Shown piece after piece: positions 25,601 to 41,974 of a stretch of DNA of 64,000 nucleotides. This DNA is from Psilocybe cubensis (taxonomy: Eukaryota), in assembly GCA_017499595.2 (NCBI GenBank), contig CM038999.1, positions 1,550,001 to 1,614,000 on the forward strand. The letters run 5' to 3'. How positions within the stretch are numbered: the stretch's first letter is position 1; every line of letters starts with the position of its first letter. The notes below the pieces were generated by a model that saw only the letters and a list, made by a program, of their open reading frames with translations, had not been told where the DNA came from and made no database searches. The translations under genes were made by a program, and so were the position numbers.

Positions 25601-26032
25601 GAAGTAGTTATTTTGGTTTTTCTTACTTTTAATTTTGGATATGTAATTGGTGCTACTCAAGCATTGCTTTCATTCAGGTGGCTGGCACAAATTGACATTG
25701 GCGTCGTTTCGCGCAAGTAGATTCTCGGCCTTCTCGGCCATCGTCTTTCTTCTCGAACCTTTCTCTTTTCAGGAATGACAGCGCTGTTTCTTGGGACATT
25801 GCGTGTCTCCTGGATCTGAGTTGGTTTACATCCACGTCGGAATTAGCGCAATACCGCCATAAAGACCTGTGCGTCTACAACCTGGCGCCGGTTTTTTAAA
25901 CTTTGCAATCAATCAGCCGTGGATATCGAAGGGGTATCACGGTCCCATCTCAATGCACTTCCGTGAGTTTATAACTTTATGCGATGGGAATATTGTTACA
26001 ATTATGCACTCTACCAGGCAGTATTCTTCTTC

Positions 26033-27375
26033 CTATTCCGCGTCGATTGGGTTCCAACTGATAGCGCCCTTGCTTCCCCGATCAAGGACATCAAGCGCGT
26101 GCATGTCATCCGCGTCTAGCACGAAATCGTACAGGTCGATGTTCGATTGTATGCGAGAGGGCGTCACGCTCTTGGGCAGAGGCACGAATCTAGGGGAAAA
26201 CAACATTCTTTTTTCAGTGACTGCTTTACTTTACCCTGGAACGCGCTGTCGGTCTGAAAGAAAAGAGGAGGGGTTTGGGGAGCTTACCCGTGTTGTAATG
26301 ACCATCGGAGCAGGATCTTCGCCGGGTCGCGGACATGCTGTGGTGCATTCGATGAGAGAGGGCAGATATTTTTCTCAGTTCATGGTATGGTGTATCAGGT
26401 AACGGGACGCAAACCTTGTTGGCTACTCCTATGATGGCGGGATGGACGAGGTTTCCACGTAGAATCGGGCAGTACGCTTGAATCACGATGTTATTTGCTC
26501 TGCAGTACTCAACAATCGCTTTTTGTTGGCAGAATGGGTGAAGCTGTATATCATTCAACACGGCGCGTTCTTGCGTTACGTGCAATTAATTTTATTTACC
26601 TCTATCTGGTTAATGGATGGGAGCTCGTACCCGGCTTCTTTAATTTCTTCTATGTGCTTGACGTTACTATACATTTGATTGAATGCAAAATTAAAAAAAA
26701 AAAAAATCATCGGATTAAACGGTTCATGATCACTCACAAATTCGACACGCCCACAGATCTGATTTTACCCGTGGCTTTGCAGTCCAAAAGCGCCTTGTAT
26801 ATTTCGAGCCGGCGCCGCTTCCCTGCGACAGGGTCATGGATCAGGAAAAGGTCAATATAGCTCGTCTGCAGGTTCTCGAGGGACTCGTCGATGCCTTTGA
26901 GCGTCGCGTCATAGCTCTCTGTGTTGGAGACGCATTTGGTGACTGGGAGAGAGAAAGGTAATGCAGTTCAGTACAGGGAGACAAGCGGTCGGAGGTGGAG
27001 ATGCGCCGATTTGTTGAGGGATCCCGGGAGATGGTAATTGCTTTATGCGTTCTTTGGAAGAGGATACATACCGATGAATAATTCGCCACGGTCGAGGCCT
27101 GAGGAGTGAATAGCTGCACCAAGCTGCTTTTCGTTGCCATATATCTGTGCAGAATCTACAAGTCTGTGATTATGTAGATCAACGCGTCTTGGTTAGATTT
27201 ATTTTGGAATACAGAAAAGTGTGTTAGAATAGTACCGATAACCGGCTTTGAAAGCATGCAAAGTTGAGCGGCGAGCGTCGTAGTTTTCGAAGAGGCCGAA
27301 TCCAATTCTGGGCATTTCGTATCCGCTCGAAAGGAGGACGGTGGATGTGGGCGACAGTTCTGTTGACGAGTTCAT
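26033..27375 (-). CDS. Aldo-keto reductase (AKR5-like), copy B
   Basis: MPRIGFG, GYRLVDSAQIYGNE, VTKCVS, LFLIHDP, SVGVSNF, INQIELHPF, VPLPKS; ends GAISWNPIDAE*; paralog of copy A. Confidence 0.9.
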
Positions 27376-27972
27376 TCCAACTACGAAAAGGATAATCAAA
27401 CGCGGCGAGTAGTAGTAAAGTAGGCAACAACCATTCCTCCAAATTTCATCTTCTGGGTATTTATATCTCTGATTACCTTTTTTTTTAAATGTCTACGCGA
27501 GCTGGAATTTAGAACGCTGTGAGTAAAAAGCAAAGGGAAAGGGAAAGTATCCGAAACGCGCTTAGTATTCCGTTTTCGCTGATCCCAAGCCAAAATACGG
27601 ATATGAATAATAAGTTTACAACCCATCCTAAGCTGATTGCTAAGCGTTGATTACTCCCCATGCGCAATTTGTGATGGGTGTGTAGGATGCGTAGAAAGGA
27701 TACTCGGACGGATATCTGCCCCGCGCTTGCAGCCTTACCCGCCCCGTCGCGTTCCCGTGATGACGGGCTCCGACGGTACACGACAAGGGAACGGGAGCCT
27801 GAGGGGTGCGCTGTGTGCCACGTTCGACGCGTTTGATGTCGTCATCTTCCCAGCGACATGACACTTTAATTTTCTTGCCCATACTTGCTATGGCAGAAAC
27901 AAAAAAACTTCGCGTAACGCGGCGCCCACCCCCAACCGTTAGCGAGCATTGCATCCAGCGCAGCGATTCTAT

Positions 27973-27997
27973 GAGGTTCGAGGTTCGAGGTTCGAGG
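27973..27997. repeat. Short tandem repeat (GAGGTTC)x3+
   Basis: gaggttcgaggttcgaggttcgagg read directly. Confidence 0.8.
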
Positions 27998-28966
27998 GGG
28001 AGTACGGCACTTGGATTGCTCCTCGTCCGAGTTGCACCACCCCTACCCTCGCCCCTCGCCCCCCTGACTGCGGAGCTGAGTTTGGCTGGAGATACGCGAG
28101 GACGGCGCGGAGCGCGAAACCCGAGCCTGGGCGCTTATTGAATCTTTTTTTGTGATGCATTTATGAATGTGGGAAAAAAAGACAGTTCCGGGACTGGAAG
28201 GCTAGAAGCTTTATCTGGTTGTGGTTCTGTTTTTGTGCGTGTGGTTGTGAGTTGGGTATGGCGGGCAGGATGGATGGGTTCTGGGGTTGGTGAGTGTGTT
28301 GTTTATAGCTGAATGTCGTTGGACTTGGGCTTGAAACCCGCGGTTGGGATTTATTTTTTCAGTTTGACAGCATTAAAATAATATACTGTCATGCGTACCA
28401 GTAGAACGTCGTTATTACCATGAATAAGAAGCCCAACTGAGACGACTTATCCGTTGTTATCCGACAAGGTAGGAGGAAGAGACTGATTTGAGTTCCGAGT
28501 AGGTAAATTTACAGCATATTGGGTGGTATTTATAGTGAGGTTAAACAGTATTGTCGGCACCCGAGGTCGAGAGTATGGTTCTGAAAGATCTATATGCGGT
28601 TTAATATCTTCAACCCTTAGATTCATAACCTTTAGTAATTAAGTAAAGCCACGCAACAAACAGAAAGCGAAACCAAAGGCTTAAACTAGTTCAATATTCC
28701 TGGTACGTGTTAGCTGTTTTTGTGTTTCCGAACATGATCGTTGTAGTTCAAGGATAATACGAGGCGCTCAGCTCGTTATCTTATCTCTTGACATGATCTA
28801 ATCTTATCTTAGACAAAGGCTGACCAGAACCGGATGTCGGCATCCCGAGCGGAATGCAAGTGGACCTTGGACTTGGACTTGATCTCGAAGAGCCTCTGCT
28901 ATTGCTCAAAGCAGGGATTATAACCTACCACCTTATTTATTCCTCGTCCAATTACGGAGTAGGACA

Positions 28967-30041
28967 ATGTCACTGTACAACTACGTCGACACGCCAAATA
29001 ACAACCTGGTGCGTTGAAAAGTCTAATGCATCTATGTATTCTCACTCAATTTCCTGGCACATTAGATATGCTGCATCTGCCGGGCACCGTTCACGGACCC
29101 GACGACAACGCGGACGTGCGCACATACGTTCTGCTACGAGTGTATCCTGCGCGCGCTGTCTCATGCAGGACAGTGCCCCGTGGACCGCTCAGCGCTGAGC
29201 GTGGAGGACCTGTCTCCCGCCAGCCCGATCGTGCGCTCGGTGCGTTACCTTTGTGCTTTTATGATTACTCTCAGGCTAATACAAGTAGATGGTGGATGAG
29301 CTGGTGGTGGAATGCGTTTACTCTGGGGAGGGGTGCGGGTATACGTGCGAGCGGCAGCGGATGGTGGGGCATTTGAAGGAGGAGTGCGAGTATGCGGAGG
29401 TGGAGTGTGCGCTTGCGGGGTGCGGAGAGGTGATGCGGCGGCGGGATGTACTGGAGCATGTGGAAAAGATGCACAAGAGCGTCGAGGAAGAGGATGGGCA
29501 AGACGTCGAGGACAACGAGGAGAATGCAAGGAGCAGAGAAGATAAAGGAAAGGGGAAAGAGGAGGAGCGGTGCCCGCATGGAGAGATGGGGTGTGCATTC
29601 AAGGGCGAGGGCGTAGAGGCACACCTTGAGACGTGTGTGTATGAGCAGCTAAAGGGATTTTTGAGTGCAAACACGGCACGGGTGGCGGCGCTGACGGAAC
29701 AGAACGTGATGCTGCGGCACCGGGTAGAGATGCTGGAGGGGACAGTGGAAAGGACGCGGCGGGAGGTGAGTGGGGTGAAGAATGTGGTGGGTGGGTTGAG
29801 TGGAGGGACGCTGGAGGGAACACTGGAGGGGCTGCGGGAAGAGGTGCTGGGGCTGGGAGTGTTGGTGGAGGAGGTGCGGCGGCGGAACGAGATGGCGCTG
29901 ACGAACGAGACGCTGCGGCTGAGTGAGGAGATGATGTCAATACGGGGGCAAATGCACGGACTGCGTATGCAGATGCACGGGATGATGATGGAGAGAGACG
30001 CGTACACACGGCCGATGACAGGATCAATTACAAAGTTGTAG
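28967..30041 (+). CDS. RING-finger + TRAF-type zinc-finger + coiled-coil protein (putative E3 ligase)
   Basis: Three exons: NLICCICRAPFTDPTTTRTCAHTFCYECI...CPVDR (RING); VECVYSGEGC..HLKEEC, ECALAGC, CPHGEMGC..HLETC (TRAF zinc fingers); C-terminal coiled coil. Confidence 0.85.
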
Positions 30042-30070
30042 TAGAATAGAGTACATGAATACTATAACTC

Positions 30071-30658
30071 TCACTGTGCGGCGGCCCACTCTGCATCGAG
30101 CTCGTCGAGGAGCGCCTGGAGTTCCTTGACTGCGGCCTTGCGGTCTGCGCGGGCGATGAGCCAGTCGTGCTCGGGGTTGATGGCGTCGAGGCGGAGGAGG
30201 GCCTGGAGAAGGAGCTCTGCGATGCGGGAGTGCTCCTTTGCGAGGGCGGCGCGGGGGCGGTCGGCGAGATCGCGGAGAAGGGCGGCCTGGGCGGGAGCGA
30301 GGTCAGCGCGGGCGGCGGCGAGCTCGGCGTGGATGGCGGCGATCTGGGCGTGCTCCGAGTTCTTTGGGGGCGGGGGCATGTCCTGGTTGGCTACGATGGC
30401 GATGGTCGAGTTGGGCCGGAGATGGTATGCGCCGACTGCGAGTGTCTGGTTGGCAGCGAAAAAAGAAAAGAAAAAAAAAGATGACGTACTGGGAGCATTG
30501 TCGTCTGCGCAGACAGCGCCATCGTGGATGATCTGAAAGGCAGAATAGGGCAGCTGGGTATAGGCTGCTATCGAATGGCGGACAGCAGAGAGCAGAGTGT
30601 CTGGCGCAGGCAGGTCAAACGAGAACCGGTCTCTGCCCCACTTGACGGTAACTGGCAT
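30071..30658 (-). CDS. BAG-domain co-chaperone with N-terminal ubiquitin-like domain (BAG1-like)
   Basis: UBL VTVKWGRDRFSFDL...FQIIHDGA; BAG helix motif ELLLQALLRLDAI...RADRKAAVKELQALLDELD; one in-frame intron. Confidence 0.85.
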   Translation of the reverse strand: MPVTVKWGRDRFSFDLPAPDTLLSAVRHSIAAYTQLPYSAFQIIHDGAVCADDNAPSTSSFFFFSFFAANQTLAVGAYHLRPNSTIAIVANQDMPPPPKNSEHAQIAAIHAELAAARADLAPAQAALLRDLADRPRAALAKEHSRIAELLLQALLRLDAINPEHDWLIARADRKAAVKELQALLDELDAEWAAAQ

Positions 30659-30693
30659 GATGTCCGAATTGGTCCAACTTGCTTCTGACTCCC

Positions 30694-32272
30694 ATGTCTG
30701 ACAATCTCCCCAAACGCAACCTCACCCTCAGGCAGCCCGCCCCCGCCTCCACTCCCATTCCTCCCTCCCTCCAGGCAAAGATGGCCGCCTTTGCCAACAG
30801 GCCCCCCGCTCAGACCCAGGGCTCAATCCCCGCCCTCCAGCATCCTGCCCTCAACCAGGCTGCCTCTTTCCCCCCGCCTCAAAAGCCTCAGAAACCTCAG
30901 AGCATGGCTGCACGCAGAGCTCGTCCAAACTTTTCCCTTCGCGACATAGACTCCTCCTTTGTCATCCCAGACGGCCCCTCAGCTGCTGGTCTCGGTGCTG
31001 GTCGTCCCTCTCACTTCCACGACCCGCCCCGCAAGCCTCCCCCAAATTTCGCCTCTCCCTTTTCCAACTTTTCAAAGATCGTGTATGTTCTGCTCTCTAT
31101 TCTTGTCTTCTCCCACTTATCTCGTCTAGTGATCCGTCAGGCGCTCTCAATTTCAATGGCAAGGCCGTCCTCCACGCTGCAGGTGTCAACTTTTCAAACG
31201 GCGCCTCCTTTGCAATCAACATGGACCAGCTCCAACTAGACGAGGAGCTTGGCAAGGGAAACTATGGCACTGTAAAAAAGGTTCTCCACAAGCCCACCAA
31301 TGTCGCCATGGCCATGAAAGTCCGTCTGCTCTCTCTCTCTTGACCCATAACACGCTCTAACTCTGCAACAGGAAATCAGACTCGAGCTCGAAGACGCAAA
31401 ACTCAATGCCATCATCATGGAACTCGATGTTCTCCACCGTGCCGTCGCTCCAGAGATCGTCGAATTCTACGGCGCATTCTTCATAGAATCATGTGTCTAC
31501 TATTGCATGGAGTACATGGATGCCGGCTCCCTCGACAAGCTCCAAGGTGCAGGTGTCCCCGAAGACGTCCTCGCCCGCATCGCTTCCTCTATGGTCCGCG
31601 GCCTCAAGTTTCTAAAAGACGATCTCAACATCATCCATCGCGGTATGTCTCCCCTAGCTACTCTACACGAACAACCCTGATTGCTGCCTAGATGTGAAAC
31701 CGACAAACGTACTCGTCAATCGCAAGGGCGAGATCAAGCTCTGCGACTTTGGCATATCCGGCGAACTTGACAAGTCTCTTGCCAAGACCAACATCGGATG
31801 CCAATCCTACATGGCCGTACGTGCTCCACTTGCCCCTCTCCACCATTTTTACTGACCCTCTTGCCAGCCGGAGCGCATCAAAGGCGAGTCCCAGAACAAC
31901 CTCGGCACCTACACCGTCTCTTCAGACGTCTGGTCTCTCGGCCTCTCCATGATTGAGATTGGGCTGGGACGCTACCCATACCCGCCCGAGACGTACTCGA
32001 ACGTGTTCGCCCAGCTCACCGCGATCGTGCATGGCGACCCGCCCGAGCTCGACGAGACCAAGTACAGCGAAGTCGCACGGGAGTGGGTCGCCATGTGCCT
32101 GAGGAAGGACCCGGAGCGGCGCGCGAGCTATCGCGAGCTGCTCGAGCACCCGTTCTTGAAAAAGGACGAGACGAGCGACGTCAATATGGTCGAGTGGGTC
32201 GAGAAGGCGCTGGCGCATAAAGCGACTGCTGCTCTCCTTGCGTCAAAGGCGCAGCTTCCGCAGTCTGTATAG
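30694..32272 (+). CDS. PBS2: MAP kinase kinase of the HOG pathway (Pbs2/Wis1)
   Basis: [76 protein letters not shown]. Confidence 0.93.
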
Positions 32273-32859
32273 GAGTCCTGTGCTCTTTTTTGAGCACCAC
32301 ACACACATACACACGCATTTGTGCATGCCCTGGGATCGCGTCGGGTGGGATGGATGCGGGCATGCGATGTACAGACGGAGAGACAGATATATAGGGGGGG
32401 TCCGTATTCGATAATCGAACGACCTACCGACCGACCGACTAAACGAACCCGTACCAACACCTCCATCGATCGATCACCGTAATGGCGACGCGACGCGGCA
32501 TTCGTACTTGTTTTTGTTGTTGATATAAGTTATCCAGGGCAGAGGGGTGGTTGATTATTGGAGTATAATTTTGGGGGGAGTTCGATATGCCGTCGTGGCG
32601 TAATCCCCTCTCTCGGCTCGGTCTTGGTCTTGGACTCTGCGATTGCGCGCCATGGCGTTCGATTTTTTGGATTGGATCCTGACGAGGAAGGACGACTACT
32701 TGCGTGCTTACTCTCGCCAAATGCGATATCGATCAAGGATCAAGGACGGTTAGGACCTCTACCCCTTTTTTGCGTGTTAGGTTGAGGACGAAGTCGAGAT
32801 GGAATGGGATGGTCCCATCCATCGCGGGGAAGCGACACCTCTTTTTTTGTTTTCTCCTC

Positions 32860-33820
32860 ACCTTTCCTTTCCTTTCCTTTCCTCGCCTTTCCTTTTCATT
32901 TGCTTGCTTTCCAATTTTGCACACTTTGCTTTTTTTCGCTTTCGGTAATACACACAACGCACCACACATCACATATCACGCACCACGCAACAGCGCACCA
33001 TGCAACAACGCACCATGCAGCAACTCATGCATACACCTCGCCTAATTCTACCATGGCTCGACATGACTATTGAAATCATCTTTTTTGAGTGGTTGGGGGT
33101 TATAACTGAAACTGACCATTGGTCCACTTTCGTTTGCAATTTTGTTATAGTTATAGTTGTACAGGTTTAGGTTTAGGTATATACGATATACGATACGATA
33201 CGATACATATGTATATGCTATGTTCGTACGTGTTACTTCCAATTGATACACTTGAATCTTTTGGAGGATATAGATAACTTGGATTTTCGAATCGTGTTTT
33301 TTCACGTTTCGTCTTTACATCTTCGTGTATGCAATATTATGGTACTCTATTCAACTGATCATGATCATGATTATGATTGTGATACGTGTCCATAGGACCG
33401 TATTTCGAGTTGCGTTTACTAACGGGTTGTTAATCGTTGCGCTTGTTCAATTCATTGAGGCTAACTTGGTCCTGCTCTAGATCTTGTGCTCTTGGGTGCA
33501 TCATGCAAAACACAAGATATATAACGAAATCTCAGTGATTGTACCTCAGACTAGGTACTCCCTCCGTACATAGTACATAGTATATAGTATACATATATAT
33601 ATCGTTTTATTTGAGGTGAGGTACCATCGAGAAAAGATGGATGGTTGTTGTTGCATTTTTATATTGAGCTTGAGCAGATCCCTACTTCCTATTCATATAC
33701 TCATCCCTATCCCTATCCCTATCCCTATCCCCTGATCTGCTCGTTGATTCAAGTTGATGCGTTTGGAAAGCGGTCCTGATTCCTGATTCCTGGTTCTTGA
33801 GTCCTGATTCCGGAGCCTGA
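32860..33820. repeat. Cluster of microsatellites and short degenerate tandem repeats
   Basis: (CCTTT)n near 32860-32895; CACCAYGCAACARCG-like units near 32980-33020; (ATACG)n 33181-33206; (ATCCCT)x4-5 33703-33731; TCCTGAT-like units 33774-33811. Confidence 0.75.
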
Positions 33821-36800
33821 TGACCGTCGCGGTTGCTTAGACTTCCTCCAGTATGTTACAGTGTTTGTTTTTTGGTCTAGTTTAAGTTTAACGCGACGCG
33901 GTTTGTGAATTATGACTCAATTGTGATGATGGAGTTTGAGGAACGAGAAAAGATGGTGATAGATGGGTTGCATTGGTTCGGTGGTTTGGTGATTTCAGGA
34001 GAGGTGTGCAGCGGTTCAAACGTTCACTGTTCATGATAATCTCAGTGAAAAATGTTGATGAATCTCGCGTCTATCATCTTAGTTCGTCTGTTGAACTTGG
34101 ATACACAGAGGATGGATCTAATTGAATATATTCGAGCTCGCAACCTTGCTGCTTCATCGCACCATTGCCGTGTTATGTCGATGATGATGTTGGTACCCCG
34201 AATTTAGGGACATGTTACAGCCCCTCCCACCCTTCGAAGAAACACGTCAAACGCGTGTAATAACGTACGCACGACGGGATCCTTGACGTCATACATTGTT
34301 ATAACGATAACGCAAACCTGTAGTAGCTGTAACCCCGAAGCAGAGCACGAGGCGCAAAGCCCCCTTTGACTTCTCGAGGCGATGTCATTGTCATGTCATA
34401 CGCACTCACAGAGAGGTCGAAAGAAACGTATCTAATGACCTGTATGACATGGACAAAAACACGTCATTTTCGCAAGGGCAAGGCAGTTGCTATTGAATTA
34501 TGTACGTATTCAATTCACCGTTTAGAGCAATATCAGCTTGGGGTGGGGACCCTTTGTTGCTTTTTTTTTCACTGTGTGTTGTATTTGACTCCGAGAATCA
34601 TGATGTACTGGCATATGTAGTTTCAATATAGAACTCGAGCTGACTTTTTTTACTTGGAGCAAGGAGGGAAATTTGGCACCGAAGAAAAGGAATTGTGAAC
34701 TTGGTGACTGTTGAGTTGGACGGGGACATCGTGATTTGTGATAGTCAAAGTTTCGTGATAGAGCAAAAAGAGCAATTAAGCCCGTTTTTAGCTCACGCTT
34801 TGTATAGTACCATCTGTGTTCAAAACGACTGTATGCACTGCAACATTTGTACACGCCGATTTGACTGTCTCGCGGATAAAGAGCAAGCGATATGATTGAT
34901 TGCTGAATCCTGATGAACTCGCCATTTGCCCTCCCATATGGTTACATGGATAGATGGATGGATCAGAGTCCAGAAACAGACGTCGCGTTGTTACTTTCGG
35001 TATGGGGTATTTTGTTTTCCTCATGAACCACTTTGCGCTGTCAAACGCGTCTTTTCAGGACTCGGGGATAAAAGGCTCGGTGCCTGGATTTTTTCTCATC
35101 TACTTCCCCGAGAGCGCGAGAGAACTCTTGAGGACAGTAAACAAAGAAAAATACGCGAGCAAACGTTTGATTAGCATCATCGTTTGTCATTTGCGAGATG
35201 GCTCCATATCATTTCGCCATGGCACAAAGTGGAAAGATAAGCGCTGATAAGTGAAAAGCGCCACCGCAGCGCAAGGGCAAGAAGAGGCAACGTCGTCATC
35301 GATGACGAGCGTCGAGCATATGGGTGGAGGTCCCAAGGAAAAAGGAGAGAATGTACAAAGCGTACGCCTGTGGCCTTCGGCTGAGGTCAGAAGATCGACG
35401 CTCGTCCGAGAAAAGAAAGAGGGGGGCAGCGCCGGAGAGCGTACACTGCGCAGGTCAAGTTAATAGCAACAATTGCTCCACGTTGCTTTACCTGCGTCCA
35501 CCCTTCGAATTTTCGTATGTAGTATGCAGTGTACTGCTCAGAGCATTGCATATGCGCGATCTCAAAATTCGCCCGCGGGTTTGGAAACTGACGCCGTGTG
35601 CGCCTCATGGTGATTACATCGGCTGGTGAGAGGAAATCCTGGGCTCGATAAACATCTTGTAGCTGTCGAAGTGGCGAAAAGCCATACGCTGCAACGCATC
35701 AAATTGAAAATTGAAGAGACACATCGGTCGATTTGCAGGGTCTAAATTCAAACGACGAACTCTGCTTGACACCTTGACTAACCCGACAGGAAATCGACAT
35801 ACCTAGTATGAGCTGTGTTGGTGTAATTACACGTTGGCCAATAGAAAACAAGCGGTAATTGGAAAGTCGAAAGCACTTCTGATGTGCACCGGGCATTTGT
35901 TCCACCGCCGAGATGTACATTGTGCTTGCGATAGGGGTACAGCACAGGTTAGTTGATCCCGAACCGCACACCGATGTGGCAGAAAAATCGAGCGAAAAGC
36001 CAACTGGTAAGGTAGATAGAAATGAATTTGATTCATAGACTTGTTTTGATTTCTCTTTGTAGGCGCAAGTAATAGTTTGTGATGGTGTCAAGCCCTCAGT
36101 CAAGCCCTCTAGGCACTTTCAATACATCTTCAGCGCTTGCGAGGTGTGCAAAACATTCGAGTTACAATCACGGTCCGGGGGTCTCGCGTCGGCCCGACAA
36201 ATCAGGTACTAATTGGAAGTGGAGGACCATGGGACGGCTGAGACTGGCAAAGAAGATAATAGACGAAGGAAGGTCCTGGGATCTCGAGGGTGCATTAGAC
36301 ATTGGGAAAGGCACATTGTTGGGTCGTCGTTACTAAAATAGAATTTTGAATTGACTTGTCACGCTTTGAAGTTCGGCTGCGTATAGGAAACACTCCATTC
36401 GACTGGATCATAGAAACCATTGTTCTGTTCCCGCTTCCAGGGAACTGACAATATGAAATCCATTTTGCTGGGTCTTAAATCTCGATGATCGAGAAACATC
36501 CACGATTGAACCTAAAAACGTAGTTTTTCAATCGTCCTTTGTCGGTTTTTTAAGACGAATTGAAGTAGTGATCTTTCGTATACAAGCAAGTTGAATTGAG
36601 AATATTCTTTAGTGACCATATAGGATTTGGAAGCCCCAGATGTCGAAATTGACAGTTTTCTAGTGGTCTGCCAGTTATGTTAGGAAAAATGCGGATAGAT
36701 CTTTGAAAGAAGAAAGAAGACATAGACAAAGTGCGTCGTTTCCCCAGAAAGAATCCCTCTCCCGACATTGCCTATCTTCTCTGCATTCGTTCCGGCTCGG

Positions 36801-37915
36801 ATTTTTATGAAGGCGGGAATTTTCTGATGGAATTCGATGTTCTATGTATAACATCGCAGATACAGGGCTGCGGACAATCCTTGGGCCTTCTCTTTATGAT
36901 TAGGTTAGAGGACAGTTGTTTTCAGCCTGACTGGTTGCGATGAGGATATAGGGTGCTTCGGCCTATTTGTGTCCAAAAAGTGCTACTTCAAACTTACTTT
37001 CACATTGGTGGACAAATGTATTATAGACATCTGACATCGTCGGGCAATAACGTCTTCGAATCATAGAGTCCTGTGAAAGGCAAATGCTTCAGACAAAATC
37101 CATCAATATTCGAGAAAGAGCACCTTAAACTAATAACGCTCCAATTTCGCAGGCTGTGAACACTGCATGCGATTTTAATGTACGTAGACCTCCTGCTTCA
37201 GTGACCAGAAGCTGAAAACAGCCCTTGAACTGCATTAAGCATCAACACGGGGGGGCTTGGGAAACGTGAAGTGATATGTATTAATACCAACGCTAATGTT
37301 GGTCATTCGGGGTCTTTTGCGCAATCGGAAGCAATTGAGTAAAAGTCGGCCCAGATACTTTTCAGAACTAGCTGGATGTACTTACATGTCAGTAACTGAA
37401 AGCTTCAACAATTATCCGCCGGCTGGATGGAAGAGAATTAGGATGTACTGTTTGGTTGAGAACGAGACCAATGAGTCAAGAACGTCAACATGGCTTCATT
37501 GAAGGTTTGGTACTTCAACGATGAACGACGAACTTCAGAGGGGTTGAAATTAGGCAATAGACTTCGATTTCAAGCTTCAAACTCAACTGGGAGATGGCTT
37601 AGATGTTCTTCAAAGGAAGAAGATTCATGGAATCTTGTAGAGATCGAAAGGGGCGCACAAATCCAAATGAGCGAATGACATGGTCAGTCCGGTTTGACCA
37701 ATGGCGACGCGACTGATTAACTTGCAAGATTCAAAGTAGAAGATAATCTTATCTCTTATCGGCAAATGCCGACCAGTGTCGTTTTGTTGATCTTTTGAGA
37801 TAACTAAAATGACTCGTCAAGAACCCAAGTAACTAGTACTCATTGGAGCTCTAGTGACCGATTGATCAATACAGCCTACGTATATCTGGCTGCTTGGATA
37901 GCATCCTTCTGTACA

Positions 37916-41870
<3,955 letters not shown>

Positions 41871-41974
41871 AACGAAGTCGCTAGGAAGTGAAATAAATTT
41901 TGTAATACAATAAGCAGACTAACAATACAGGGTGTATATAGAGCGACTGAATTTGTTACGCACGTTGGAGGCAC

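Noticed and set aside
26190-26287. Internal CAG-G-GTAAAG in a 98-nt AKR-B intron as another 1-nt exon
   Set aside because: Including the G would frameshift; single-step splicing already matches the paralog.
27973-27997. GGTTCGA resembling a tRNA T-loop
   Set aside because: It is part of a 7-bp tandem repeat with no cloverleaf.
30027-30041. C-terminal TKL of the TRAF-RING protein as a PTS1
   Set aside because: Non-canonical tripeptide with no supporting evidence; too weak without conservation data.
29245-30536. Long antisense or overlapping ORFs (up to 229 aa) over the TRAF and BAG genes
   Set aside because: Low-complexity shadows of GC-rich coding sequence.
33703-33731. (CCCTAT)n as a telomere
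   Set aside because: Only 4-5 units, internal, and not the CCCTAA repeat; treated as a microsatellite.
34366-37678. Short ORFs (60-134 aa) in the long intergenic region
   Set aside because: No recognisable motifs and no consistent exon chain.
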